From NCBI GenBank assembly GCA_036845485.1, contig DAIUDS010000001.1, positions 3,574 through 67,573 of the forward strand: 64,000 bases of DNA, read 5' to 3'. Source of the DNA: Jiangellaceae bacterium. Lineage in GTDB: Bacteria > Actinomycetota > Actinomycetes > Jiangellales > Jiangellaceae. Below are positions 36,971 through 46,221 of this stretch, piece after piece. Made by a program: the position numbers and the translations under genes. The stretch's first letter is position 1; every line of letters begins with the position of its first letter. The notes beneath the pieces were generated by a model that saw only the letters and a program-made list of their open reading frames with translations, did no database searches and had not been told where the DNA came from.

Positions 36971-38276
36971 CCTGTCCCGGCGGGACTGGCGGCAGCGCGT
37001 CCGGGTACCGTCCCGGGTCGAGCCGCAGCCTTGCCGTGAGCGCGTGACCGAACATCAACTCGGCGTCGGCAATCGCGGCGGTTGTCTCCGCCACCCGCGC
37101 CGATCCCTCGGCCGTCACGCGCTGGTACGTGACGGCCTTGAGAAACTTGCCGACCCAAAGACCGCCGGTGTAGCGAGCCGCGCGGCGCGTCGGCAGCACG
37201 TGGTTCGTGCCGATCGCCTTGTCGGAGAACGCCACCGTCGCGTGCGTCCCGAGGAAGAGAGTGCCGTAAGAACTCATCCGCTTGAGGTACCAGTCAGGGT
37301 CCTCGGTCTGGATCTCGAGGTGCTCGGGGGCGATGTCGTCGGCGACTTTCGCGGCCTCCTCGTCGTCCTCGCACACGATGATCGCGCCGTGGTCGCGCCA
37401 CGCGGCGCCTGCTATCTCCTTCGTCGGCCACTCCCCGTCGAGCCAAGCGTCCACCGCGTCGCTCACCTGACGCGCGAGTTCCTCAGACGTCGTGACCAGG
37501 GTGGCCGGTGAGTTCGGGCCGTGCTCGGCCTGACCGAGCAGGTCTGCGGCCACGATGTCGGGATCGGCGGAGTCGTCCGCGAGGACCATCACCTCGGTCG
37601 GCCCGGCGAGCAGGTCGATCCCGACGGCTCCGAACAGCTGCCGCTTCGCCTCGGCGACGTAGGCATTGCCGGCGCCGACGAGCATGTCGACCGGCGCCAG
37701 GTCTCCGAACCCGAACGCCATCGCGGCGAACGCCTGCACTCCGCCGATGCAGAGGATCTCGTCAGCGCCCGAGGTCGCCATAGCGTAGAGCTGTGGCGGG
37801 TGCATTCCGGCGGGGCCCCGCGGAGGCGCGCAGGCGACGACCCGGGGGACGCCGGCGACTTTCGGCGTCACGACTGTCATGATCGCCGACGCGATGAGCG
37901 GATACAGCCCGCCCGGTGAGTACGCGCCGACCGAGTCAACCCTGATGAAGCGCTGCCCGAGCGTGACACCGGGCAGGGTCTGCCACTCCCGGTCGACCAG
38001 GGTGGACCGCTGAAGCTCGGCGAACTTACGGACCTGCGCCTGGGCGAACGCCACGTGATCACGAAGCTCCTCGGAGAGAGCACCCTCTGCGGCGGAGACA
38101 TCCTCTGGGGAGACGCGGAACGAGGGCGGGCTCCACCCGTCGAACCGCTCGGAATAGCGACGCACCGCCGGCTCGCCTTCGCGCTCAACCGCCGACAGGA
38201 TCTCGCTCACCGTCGCGCGGATCTCGGCCCATGTCTCCGCAGAGATTCCCGTCCGCTCCTTCACATAACGGGCCAT
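36951..38276 (-). CDS. histidinol-dehydrogenase-family (HisD-like) NAD-dependent dehydrogenase, in a non-histidine context
   Basis: 441 aa. HisD-like blocks (GGVQAFAAMAFG, GAGNAYVAEAKR, GPTEV, QAEHGP, GDY-like region). No other his genes are nearby. Confidence 0.8.
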   Translation of the reverse strand: MARYVKERTGISAETWAEIRATVSEILSAVEREGEPAVRRYSERFDGWSPPSFRVSPEDVSAAEGALSEELRDHVAFAQAQVRKFAELQRSTLVDREWQTLPGVTLGQRFIRVDSVGAYSPGGLYPLIASAIMTVVTPKVAGVPRVVACAPPRGPAGMHPPQLYAMATSGADEILCIGGVQAFAAMAFGFGDLAPVDMLVGAGNAYVAEAKRQLFGAVGIDLLAGPTEVMVLADDSADPDIVAADLLGQAEHGPNSPATLVTTSEELARQVSDAVDAWLDGEWPTKEIAGAAWRDHGAIIVCEDDEEAAKVADDIAPEHLEIQTEDPDWYLKRMSSYGTLFLGTHATVAFSDKAIGTNHVLPTRRAARYTGGLWVGKFLKAVTYQRVTAEGSARVAETTAAIADAELMFGHALTARLRLDPGRYPDALPPVPPGQGEDQGE

Positions 38277-38306
38277 GGTGCCGCCCCTCTGTCCGCGGGA
38301 CCCGAG

Positions 38307-38333
38307 TAAAGTTCATATACTATATGTAACTAG
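38307..38333. promoter_or_regulatory. AT-rich box in the divergent promoter region (candidate GntR/FadR operator)
   Basis: gtaaagttCATATAcTATATGtaactag contains a 6-1-6 inverted repeat inside ~70% GC DNA. It shares ATATACTAT with the box at 40926-40943 (reverse strand). Confidence 0.45.
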
Positions 38334-38359
38334 CACCCGGAACCATCCCGGCTCCGAGC

Positions 38360-39460
38360 GTGGAAGGATCGACGATGCGGGCGATGGCCATCACCGGGTA
38401 CGGAGAACCTCTTGAGCGAATCGAGGTGCCCGAGCCCGAGCTCATCCCCGGATACGCGATCCTCGAGGTCCTGGCGTGCGGCGTGTGCTTCAGCGACGTG
38501 AAGACTTCGCGCGGGCACATGCCGTACAGCGCGAACCTCCCGCTACCTCACGTGCCCGGTCACGAGATATTCGGCCGAGTCCTGGCCGCTGACCCACCCG
38601 GCCTGGTCCCGGATGGGATGCGCGCCGTCGTCTACCACTACTGGCCCTGCGGCCGGTGCTTGGCTTGCCGGCGGGGCGATGAGACCCTCTGTCGGCAGAT
38701 GGTGGCCTGGACCGGATTCACGGATCCGGGCGGATTCACCGAACGGCTCGCGGTCCCCGTCGGCCGGCTCGTGCCGATCCCCGATGGCATCGACGCCGTC
38801 CAGGCGGCGCCGATGTCCTGTGCCCTCGGGACCTCGTACCGAGCGGTCGTGACGCGGGGCGGGGTGAGGGCGGGTATGACGGCGGCGATCGTGGGGCTCG
38901 GTGGCGTCGGCATCCACGCGGCGCAGGTCGGGCGTGCCTCGGGGGCCAGGATCGTGGGCTTCGACCTGCACGAGCCCACCCTCGCGGCTGCGCGAGACCT
39001 CGAACTCGACGCACGGGACGCCGCCGACGAAGACGCGATCCGGGCGCTGACCGGCGAGACGGATGGTGAAGGCGTGGACGTAGTCGTCGACACCGTCGGC
39101 CACGACGACACGCTCGAGCTCGCCCGTCGGCTCGTGCGACCCGGTGGCCGCGTCGTGGGCGTCGGGTACACGCCCACCTCGTCGCTCACCGTGCCGACGC
39201 CGCGGTTTGTTCTCGACGAGATCGACTACGTGGGATCGCGGTACGCGCATCGGGACGACCTCACTAAGGCCGTGTCTCTCGTCGAACGAGGCCTGATCTC
39301 CACGGTGGTCGGGCTGGTTCGGCCACTGGAGGAGGTGAACGACGTGTTCCAGGCGCTCGAGGCGGGATCGGTCGTGGGCAGGGCGGTGCTGGACGTGGCG
39401 GGGAAAGCTACGGCTGTCCCCCAGGACCGGAGAGTGTCCGGTACCGGTCGTGGAACCTGA
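38360..39460 (+). CDS. zinc-binding alcohol dehydrogenase (MDR family)
   Basis: ACGVCFSD...GHE (catalytic Zn), CGRCLACRRGDETLC (structural Zn), GLGGVG (Rossmann). Confidence 0.85.
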   Translation: MEGSTMRAMAITGYGEPLERIEVPEPELIPGYAILEVLACGVCFSDVKTSRGHMPYSANLPLPHVPGHEIFGRVLAADPPGLVPDGMRAVVYHYWPCGRCLACRRGDETLCRQMVAWTGFTDPGGFTERLAVPVGRLVPIPDGIDAVQAAPMSCALGTSYRAVVTRGGVRAGMTAAIVGLGGVGIHAAQVGRASGARIVGFDLHEPTLAAARDLELDARDAADEDAIRALTGETDGEGVDVVVDTVGHDDTLELARRLVRPGGRVVGVGYTPTSSLTVPTPRFVLDEIDYVGSRYAHRDDLTKAVSLVERGLISTVVGLVRPLEEVNDVFQALEAGSVVGRAVLDVAGKATAVPQDRRVSGTGRGT

Positions 39461-40130
39461 CGCCATGGCAAATCGACAGGCCACCATCGGGCGGGACACC
39501 ACCACCAGAATGGTTGCGGAGCGTCTCCGGGTTGACATTCAGCACGGGACGCTCGCGCCCGGAACCCGCCTTCGCCAGAACGACATCGCACAGCGCCTCG
39601 GCGTGAGCACGACCCCGGTCCGCGAGGCGTTTGCGCGGCTGCAGGCCGAGGGGCTCGTGCGGATCGATCCGCACCGAGGAGCCGTCGTTTTTCATCCCAG
39701 CGTCGACGACGTTCTCGAGTTCTACGAGATCCGCGAGGCCCTCGAGTCGCTTGCGGTCACCCATGCGATCCCCCGGCTGAAGGCGGAGGACGCCCGCGAC
39801 CTGGCTGCGCTGATCGACCGGATGCGGCGGACTGAGGACGCCAGGAAGTGGCTGAAGCTGAACGATCAGTTCCACCTGCGCATCTACGAGCGCGCCGCTC
39901 GTCCCCGTCTGTCGACGCTGATCGGCAACATCCGTGACGCGTCGGCTCCCTACATCCACATGTTCGTCGCTTCACGCCCGCTCTCCGAGCGGGCGAACGA
40001 GGAACACCAGGAGATCCTCGATGCGTGCGTGAGGGGGGACGCCACCGCCGCCAAACGCGCGATCCGCGCCCATCTGCGCAACGCCTCTCGGGATCTGACG
40101 GCATTTCTCGCCGCCAGAGGGGCCGACTGA
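39450..40130 (+). CDS. GntR family transcriptional regulator, FadR subfamily (FCD domain)
   Basis: LRQNDIAQRLGVSTTPVREAFARLQAEGLV wHTH, plus an all-helical C-terminal FCD-like domain (FHLRIYE...EEHQEILDA). Confidence 0.85.
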   Translation: MEPDAMANRQATIGRDTTTRMVAERLRVDIQHGTLAPGTRLRQNDIAQRLGVSTTPVREAFARLQAEGLVRIDPHRGAVVFHPSVDDVLEFYEIREALESLAVTHAIPRLKAEDARDLAALIDRMRRTEDARKWLKLNDQFHLRIYERAARPRLSTLIGNIRDASAPYIHMFVASRPLSERANEEHQEILDACVRGDATAAKRAIRAHLRNASRDLTAFLAARGAD

Positions 40131-40190
40131 TCGACCTCGCCATCCTTTGCTCCTGGCGGTACTCGCCGTGCTCGGAAGGAGGATCGAACC

Positions 40191-40904
40191 ATGGTCGAGG
40201 GACTACGACTCGAGACCTCGGGTCACACCCTGACGATCACCATCGACTCCGGCGAGGGCAACCTGTTCTCGCCCGAGATGATGGACGCCCTGGTCGACGG
40301 GATCCAGGAGGCCGGCCGCGGTGGGGAGGTGCGGTTCGTTCGACTACGAGCCGAGGGTGACGTGTTCTGCATGGGCCGGGCGAAGGGCGGCGCGTCGCCG
40401 GACGAGCTCCGGAGCACAGCTCGTCGGATCGTCACGGTGAACGAGACCCTTCGTACGACGCCCTTGACCGTGATCACCGAGGTGAACGGGAGCGCGGCCG
40501 GCTTCGGTGCCGGGATGATCGGTGCCAGCGACATCGCGGTCGCCGCCGAGACGGCCACGTTCGCGTTCCCAGAGATCAAGGCGGGCTTCGCCCCGGCCGT
40601 CGTGCTCAGCTGGGCGCGTTTCCAGATGCCGGTGCGTCTGCTCTACGACATGGTCTCCACGGGGGACGCGATCGACGCGCCGCGCGCACTCGCGGCCGGC
40701 CTCCTGACCGAGGTCGTCTCGCCCGACGCGGTAGCCGAGCGAGTAGACGAGCGGATCGAGCGGCTCGCGGCGGTCGATGCGTTCTCTCTCCGGGAGATGA
40801 AACGGTTCCTCGTGTCCACCCGGGCCATGGATCCGTGGACAGCGGCACAGGCATCGGTGGACACGCTGGTTTTCAGCGGGCTTCGCGCAATCGGGAAGTT
40901 CTGA
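40191..40904 (+). CDS. enoyl-CoA hydratase/isomerase (crotonase) family protein
   Basis: Crotonase-fold pattern (FCMGRA.., NGSAAGFGAGMIGASD, FPEIKAGF). Confidence 0.75.
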   Translation: MVEGLRLETSGHTLTITIDSGEGNLFSPEMMDALVDGIQEAGRGGEVRFVRLRAEGDVFCMGRAKGGASPDELRSTARRIVTVNETLRTTPLTVITEVNGSAAGFGAGMIGASDIAVAAETATFAFPEIKAGFAPAVVLSWARFQMPVRLLYDMVSTGDAIDAPRALAAGLLTEVVSPDAVAERVDERIERLAAVDAFSLREMKRFLVSTRAMDPWTAAQASVDTLVFSGLRAIGKF

Positions 40905-40925
40905 GTCTGCAACCTTTGCTGGGCT

Positions 40926-40943
40926 GCACATAGTATATAGTCG
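40926..40943. promoter_or_regulatory. AT-rich box upstream of the ABC importer genes (candidate operator)
   Basis: gcacatagtatatagtcg. Its reverse complement CTATATACTATGTGC shares ATATACTAT with the 38307-38333 box. Confidence 0.4.
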
Positions 40944-41030
40944 GCCAAGCATAGTCGACGACGCGGTTTCACGACGTGGAAGGCCTCGGATGAGGTCTGG
41001 GAGGTCCGGACCAGAGGAGGACGCGGGCCG

Positions 41031-42086
41031 ATGAGGATCAAGCGCAAGGCCGGGATCGTCCGCACGTTGACGATGATGAGCGTGCTCGCCCTCGTTGCGG
41101 CGGCATGCGGGGACGACGACGGTGGGGACGGTGCTTCCGGCGGCGGGGACACCGCAGAAGAGGGCATCATCCGCTTCACCTTCGCCCCCGACCCGGTGTG
41201 GGACTACCTGAAAGACTCGGGCATCCGCGAAGAGATGGAGTCCGAGTCCGGGATCAGGGTCGTCGAGCAGGCGAGCTGGGACGAGTTCGGGCTCTACGCC
41301 GGTGGGCACGCGGACGTCGTCTCGATCGCGTCGTTCGAGGTGCCGCTCCTCGAGGACGAGACCGGCAACCCAGCCACGGTATTCGGCAAGTACAACATCG
41401 ACCGGAGCATCCTCGTCGTGCCGGCCGACTCCGACGCGCAGACGCTCGAGGACCTGAAGGGCGAGAAGATCGCCGTCTGGGACTCGGTGTCCTCCACGGT
41501 GGTCTGGGGGGTGCTCGCCAACGAGATGTACGGCTTGGACTTCCGGACTGGCGGCGGCGACTTCGAGCTCGTGGTTGCCGACCTCACCAACACCGGGGCA
41601 CTGGCGGCTGATCATGAAGTGGCCGGCGCGCTGGTGCTGCCGGACTTCAACGTCCCACCGCTGCTGAACGGCGACGTCCGCGTCCTGTACGACGGGAGGA
41701 CAGCGGCCGATCTCTACGCGGAGGTGGCCGAGGCACCGGACCACGACGGACCGATGATCAACATCTTCATGGCGCCGACGGACTGGTACGACGACCACCC
41801 CGACGAGGTCGAGTTCTTCCTGTCGATGTGGGAGCGCGGCATCCAGGAGTGGCAGGCAAACCAGGACGAGATCATCGAGAGCTATCCGCAGCACTTCGCC
41901 GTCGAGACCCCCGAGGAGATCGCCTTCATCAAGGACTATCTCAGTCAGCACGACTGGTTCGTCGAGACCGTGTACCTCGACGACGAGTGGGTCGAGACCG
42001 AGTCGATGATCTTCCCGATGCTCGCCGACGCCGGTCTCTCCGAGTCTGACGAAAGCCCGCGGTTCGACGTGGTCGAAGCGCCTTAG
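41031..42086 (+). CDS. ABC transporter substrate-binding lipoprotein (NMT1/TauA/SsuA-like)
   Basis: Lipobox LVAAAC|GDDDG. 351 aa. Followed by NitT/TauT-type permeases and an ATPase. Confidence 0.7.
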   Translation: MRIKRKAGIVRTLTMMSVLALVAAACGDDDGGDGASGGGDTAEEGIIRFTFAPDPVWDYLKDSGIREEMESESGIRVVEQASWDEFGLYAGGHADVVSIASFEVPLLEDETGNPATVFGKYNIDRSILVVPADSDAQTLEDLKGEKIAVWDSVSSTVVWGVLANEMYGLDFRTGGGDFELVVADLTNTGALAADHEVAGALVLPDFNVPPLLNGDVRVLYDGRTAADLYAEVAEAPDHDGPMINIFMAPTDWYDDHPDEVEFFLSMWERGIQEWQANQDEIIESYPQHFAVETPEEIAFIKDYLSQHDWFVETVYLDDEWVETESMIFPMLADAGLSESDESPRFDVVEAP

Positions 42087-42131
42087 TGGTCGAACCCGAT
42101 CCGGGGACGTGAGCGGCAGGGAGAGCGGCGC

Positions 42132-42956
42132 ATGAGTTCGACGACCGGCGTGCGCGGCCCGCGAGGGAGTGCCCACCTGTCGCTCGCCGGGCGGCGCCGC
42201 GTGCGTGGGGTCGCCGGCCTGCTGATCGGTGTCGGCGGGTTCCTCCTGGTATGGAGCCTCCTCTCCGAGTTCGTCGTCGGCGAGTTCCTGCTCCCACCCC
42301 CGCTCGAGATCGGGCAGGAGATGTGGGAGATCGTCCGGTCGGGTGCTTTTGTCGAGCAATTCGTCCCCACGATCCTCCGGCTGGGCTACGGATTCGGGCT
42401 GGCGCTGCTGATCGGCTTCCCCGTCGGGTACCTGATGGGCACCAGCCGCTGGTGGCGAGCGTTCTTCCACGACATGGTGATGATCGCCGGCAGCATTCCT
42501 GGCATCACCTACGCGGTCATGGCTCTCGTGATCCTGGGCATCTCGATCCTGGGGCCGGTGATCTCCGTCGGCCTCGTGGCGATGCCCTACATCGCAATCA
42601 ACGTGGCGGAGGGGCTGGACTCCGTCGACCGCCAACTGGTGCAGATGAGCGATGCCTTCAGGCGCCGTCGCGCCCTGGTCGTCCGCCACGTGCTGATCCC
42701 GTCTGTGGCGCCCTTCGCCTTCGCCGGTGTCCGTCTCTCGTTCGCGCTCGCCTGGAAGGTGGAGCAACTCACGGAGGTCTTCGGCGCCTCCTCCGGCGTC
42801 GGATTCCAGATCCGCCGGGAATTCGAGGACTTCTCGATTTCCGGAACCCTCGCCTGGGTCCTGCTGTTCATCATCTTCATGATCCTGGTCGAGCGGTTCC
42901 TGCTCGCGCGGCTGGAGCGGTACCTCTTCCGCTGGCGGCTGGAGGAGAATCGGTGA
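42132..42956 (+). CDS. ABC transporter permease (NitT/TauT family)
   Basis: 6-TM BPD-type permease; EAA-like loop (VDRQLVQMSDAFRRRRALVVRHVLIPS). Confidence 0.85.
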   Translation: MSSTTGVRGPRGSAHLSLAGRRRVRGVAGLLIGVGGFLLVWSLLSEFVVGEFLLPPPLEIGQEMWEIVRSGAFVEQFVPTILRLGYGFGLALLIGFPVGYLMGTSRWWRAFFHDMVMIAGSIPGITYAVMALVILGISILGPVISVGLVAMPYIAINVAEGLDSVDRQLVQMSDAFRRRRALVVRHVLIPSVAPFAFAGVRLSFALAWKVEQLTEVFGASSGVGFQIRREFEDFSISGTLAWVLLFIIFMILVERFLLARLERYLFRWRLEENR

Positions 42957-43837
42957 GCCAGGCAATCGTGTCGCCGCCGCGGTCGGAGGGGCTGCTCGCC
43001 TCGATCGGCCGATTCCTGCGTTCCGACCTGGTCGCGCGACTGGCGAGCTACCTTTTCCTGCTCGCGCTCTGGCAGCTCGTGGCGCTCTACGAGGATCGCT
43101 TCCCCGGACCGGTCGAGGTGTTCCGCTTCCTCTGGATCGAGGTGACCGGCGGACGCCACGGCGGCATCGTGCGCGGCGAGTTCCTCGAGCCCTTCGCTGC
43201 AACCATTCCACGGTTCGCCCTGGGGATCGCGATCTCGATGGTCCTCGGCGTCGTGACCGGCGTCGTGATCGGCGGGTCGAAGCTCGCGGAAGCGCTGCTG
43301 AAGGACACGCTGCTGGTGCTGGTGGCCTTGCCCGCGATCATCTGGGCATTCCTCACCCAGATGTGGATGGGCCTAGGAGACGACGCCGTCGTGATCACCA
43401 CGTTCCTCTCCGCGTTTCCCTTCGTCGCCATCAACGTGGTCCAGGGGATCCAGGCGATCCCGAGGGATCTCAGGCGGATGTCGGGCGCCTATCACGTGTC
43501 CCGGTACCGGCGCTTGCGTCACCTGCAGATCCCGGCGGTGACCGGCTACCTGTTCGCCGGTTTCCGGTTCGCGGTTATCGTCGGCTGGAACGCGGTCCTG
43601 CTGGGAGAGTGGTTCTCCGCCAGCGATGGCGTCGGCTGGCGAAGCCGGTACTGGTACGACGCGAACCGGTACCGGGGGTTCGTCGGGTGGGTGATCTTGT
43701 TCATCGGGTTCATCGTGCTGTTGGACCGCCTGGTGCTTGTCCGGCTCCAACGCCGGGCCTTCCGCTGGCGCGACGCACAGCTGACCGTCACCGAGCGCCA
43801 GGCGGAGGAGATCGACGTTGGGGTCCGGGGCGCGTAG
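42953..43837 (+). CDS. ABC transporter permease (NitT/TauT family), second subunit
   Basis: GTG 42953 overlaps the upstream TGA (GTGA). Loop IPRDLRRMSGAYHVSRYRRLRHLQIPA. The track hides it inside the long ORF 42251..43837. Confidence 0.8.
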   Translation: MSQAIVSPPRSEGLLASIGRFLRSDLVARLASYLFLLALWQLVALYEDRFPGPVEVFRFLWIEVTGGRHGGIVRGEFLEPFAATIPRFALGIAISMVLGVVTGVVIGGSKLAEALLKDTLLVLVALPAIIWAFLTQMWMGLGDDAVVITTFLSAFPFVAINVVQGIQAIPRDLRRMSGAYHVSRYRRLRHLQIPAVTGYLFAGFRFAVIVGWNAVLLGEWFSASDGVGWRSRYWYDANRYRGFVGWVILFIGFIVLLDRLVLVRLQRRAFRWRDAQLTVTERQAEEIDVGVRGA

Positions 43838-43867
43838 GGAAAGATCGAGGCGAGAGGAGGGAACCGA

Positions 43868-44644
43868 GTGGCCACCCTGCAGGTGAAGCATCTGAGCAAG
43901 ACCTTCCCGGCGATCGAGCGCCGATCGCGGTCCACCACGGCGATCGAGGACTTGAGCTTCGAGATCGGCGGTCATGTCTTCGTCACGGTCGTCGGTCCCT
44001 CCGGGTGCGGCAAGAGCACACTGCTGAACATCCTGTCCCGGATCGAGGAGCCCACGGGCGGCAGTGTCTCGGTCTCCGAGGGCGAGCGGCCGGCTCGGCT
44101 CGGCTATGTTTTCCAGGAGCCGCGGCTGCTGCCGTGGCGGACCGTCATGCAGAACATGCTCTACGTGATCGAAGGGAGCCCCGCCGAGGCCCGGGACCGG
44201 GCAATTACCTATCTACGGATGGTGGGTCTGCCGAACGCGGCGGATCAGTTCCCTTCGCAGCTCTCCGGAGGCATGCAGCAACGGGTCGGCATCGCGCGGG
44301 CCTTCTCCGTCGAGCCGGACCTCCTGTTGATGGACGAGCCGTTCAGCCATCTCGACGCGATCACGGCTCGAGGGCTGCGCGAACAGCTCCAGGAGATCTG
44401 GGCTCAGAAAAAGAAGACCGTGCTCTTCGTGACCCACGACATCACCGAAGCGGTCCAGTTGTCGAACCGGGTGCTGATGCTGGCGCCGGGCGGCCGCCTC
44501 TACGCCGACGTCCCCATCGATCTCCCGCACCCACGGCGCGCCTCCGACACCGACGTCGCCATGGCGCAGGCCGAGCTCCTGCGCCAGTTCGAGACGATGC
44601 AGGAAGAGGTCGACGCCGCTCGGGCAGCGGAGATCGCGAGCTGA
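43868..44644 (+). CDS. ABC transporter ATP-binding protein (NitT/TauT family)
   Basis: GPSGCGKST, LSGGMQQRVGIARA, LLLMDEPFSHLD. Confidence 0.9.
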   Translation: MATLQVKHLSKTFPAIERRSRSTTAIEDLSFEIGGHVFVTVVGPSGCGKSTLLNILSRIEEPTGGSVSVSEGERPARLGYVFQEPRLLPWRTVMQNMLYVIEGSPAEARDRAITYLRMVGLPNAADQFPSQLSGGMQQRVGIARAFSVEPDLLLMDEPFSHLDAITARGLREQLQEIWAQKKKTVLFVTHDITEAVQLSNRVLMLAPGGRLYADVPIDLPHPRRASDTDVAMAQAELLRQFETMQEEVDAARAAEIAS

Positions 44645-44646
44645 CG

Positions 44647-46200
44647 ATGGCGATAGAACAGGAACGAGTGGCTGCGGAAAGCCGCGGCACGCAGGTCATT
44701 GCCAGGATCGACGTGCCCCGCGAGCTGCTGATCGGCGGCACGTGGAGGCACGCCGCGGACGGCAAGCGCCTGCCGGTGACCGATCCCTCCACTGGCCACC
44801 AGGTTTGCGACGTTGCCGCGGCTGGCGCTGCGGACATTGACGCCGCCGTCGCCGCCGGCCGTCGGGCCTTCGAGGACGGAACCTGGAGCCAGATGGTGCC
44901 CGCCGCAAGAGCGCGCGCCCTGAACACCTTCGCAGACGCGGTTGAAGCACGGATCGACGATCTCTACCAGATCGAGACGCTCTGCAACGGAAGGCCGATC
45001 GCCGAGACCCGGGCACAGCTCGGCCGGCTGCCCGAGTGGTACCGGTACAACGCCGCGCTGCTGATGGCCGACCGCACGGACGTGATCCCGATGCCAGGGC
45101 CGTACCACACATATACGTCGCGGTTCCCGATCGGGGTCGTGGGGATCCTCAGTTCGTTCAACCACCCGATGATGATCGGCTCGAAGGGCCTGGCGCCCGC
45201 GCTCGCCACGGGGAACAGCGTCGTCCTCAAGCCCTCCGAGCTCACTCCGCTCACCAGCCTGATGTTCGGCCGGATTGCTCTGGATTCAGGCATCCCCGCC
45301 GGCGTGCTGAACGTCGCTCCCGGCATCGGTGCCGTCGCGGGCGGCCGCCTCTCCGCCCACCCGGACGTCGGCAAGATCACGTTCACCGGTGGCACGGCGG
45401 CCGGGCGGGCGGTTTCCCGCGCGGCGGCCGAGCGCTTCGCCAAGGTCACCGTCGAGCTCGGCGGGAAGACGCCGGTGATGGTGTTCGACGACGTCGACAT
45501 CGAGGAAGCCGCGAAGGGGGTCGCCTTCGGGGCGTTCATCGCGGCCGGTCAGACGTGCATCTGCGGCAGCCGGCTGCTGGTACAGCGCTCGATACACGAC
45601 GACTTCGTCAATGCTCTGGCGGCGATCGCGCGGTCGATCCGGATAGGTGACCCGTTCGACCCCGACACACAGCTCGGTCCGCTGATCTCGCACGCGGCGC
45701 GAGAGCGCGTGTTGGGTTACATGGAGCTCGGCGGCGAGGAGGGCGGGACGATCGCGGCCGGTGGGGGTGTTCCCGAGATCGCCGGGCTCGAGGGCGGGTT
45801 CTTCGTCGAGCCCACCGTGATCGTGGGCCTCACCAACGAGAGCCGCTGCGCCAGGGAGGAGATCTTCGGTCCGGTCGCCACCGTCGTCCCGTTCGACGAC
45901 GAGGACGACGCGGTGCGCATGGCCAACGACTCCCCGTACGGCCTCGGGTCCTCGATCTGGACCCGCGACGTCGCGCGGGCGCACCGGGTCGCCGGGCGTT
46001 CGTCGCACGGGTTGGTGTGGGTGAACGACCATCACCGGCTGGACCCCGCGGCTCCGTGGGGCGGGGTTCGGGACAGCGGCAGTGGACGGGAGGGCGGATG
46101 GGAGTCCTTCCACGACTTCACGCACCTGCGGACGGTGACTGTGCGAGTGGCGCCCGAAGGTGTGGACTGGTACGGCGGTGACACCGGTCGCCTGAACTGA
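44647..46200 (+). CDS. NAD(P)-dependent aldehyde dehydrogenase
   Basis: ELGGKTPVMVFDD (catalytic Glu), GQTCICGSRL (catalytic Cys), EEIFGPV. Only the last 517 codons of the 945-aa track ORF are real. Confidence 0.9.
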   Translation: MAIEQERVAAESRGTQVIARIDVPRELLIGGTWRHAADGKRLPVTDPSTGHQVCDVAAAGAADIDAAVAAGRRAFEDGTWSQMVPAARARALNTFADAVEARIDDLYQIETLCNGRPIAETRAQLGRLPEWYRYNAALLMADRTDVIPMPGPYHTYTSRFPIGVVGILSSFNHPMMIGSKGLAPALATGNSVVLKPSELTPLTSLMFGRIALDSGIPAGVLNVAPGIGAVAGGRLSAHPDVGKITFTGGTAAGRAVSRAAAERFAKVTVELGGKTPVMVFDDVDIEEAAKGVAFGAFIAAGQTCICGSRLLVQRSIHDDFVNALAAIARSIRIGDPFDPDTQLGPLISHAARERVLGYMELGGEEGGTIAAGGGVPEIAGLEGGFFVEPTVIVGLTNESRCAREEIFGPVATVVPFDDEDDAVRMANDSPYGLGSSIWTRDVARAHRVAGRSSHGLVWVNDHHRLDPAAPWGGVRDSGSGREGGWESFHDFTHLRTVTVRVAPEGVDWYGGDTGRLN

Positions 46201-46221
46201 CCCGTAGCTGCTCGAATCGTC

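Noticed and set aside
40344-43211. 955-aa minus-strand ORF across the crotonase and ABC importer genes
   Set aside because: It lies antisense to five well-supported plus-strand genes and has a highly biased Arg/Asp/Glu/Pro composition with no recognisable domain.
43363-46200. 945-aa plus-strand ORF
   Set aside because: Only the last 517 codons (from ATG 44647) are aldehyde dehydrogenase. The upstream part is an out-of-frame read-through of the permease and ATPase genes.
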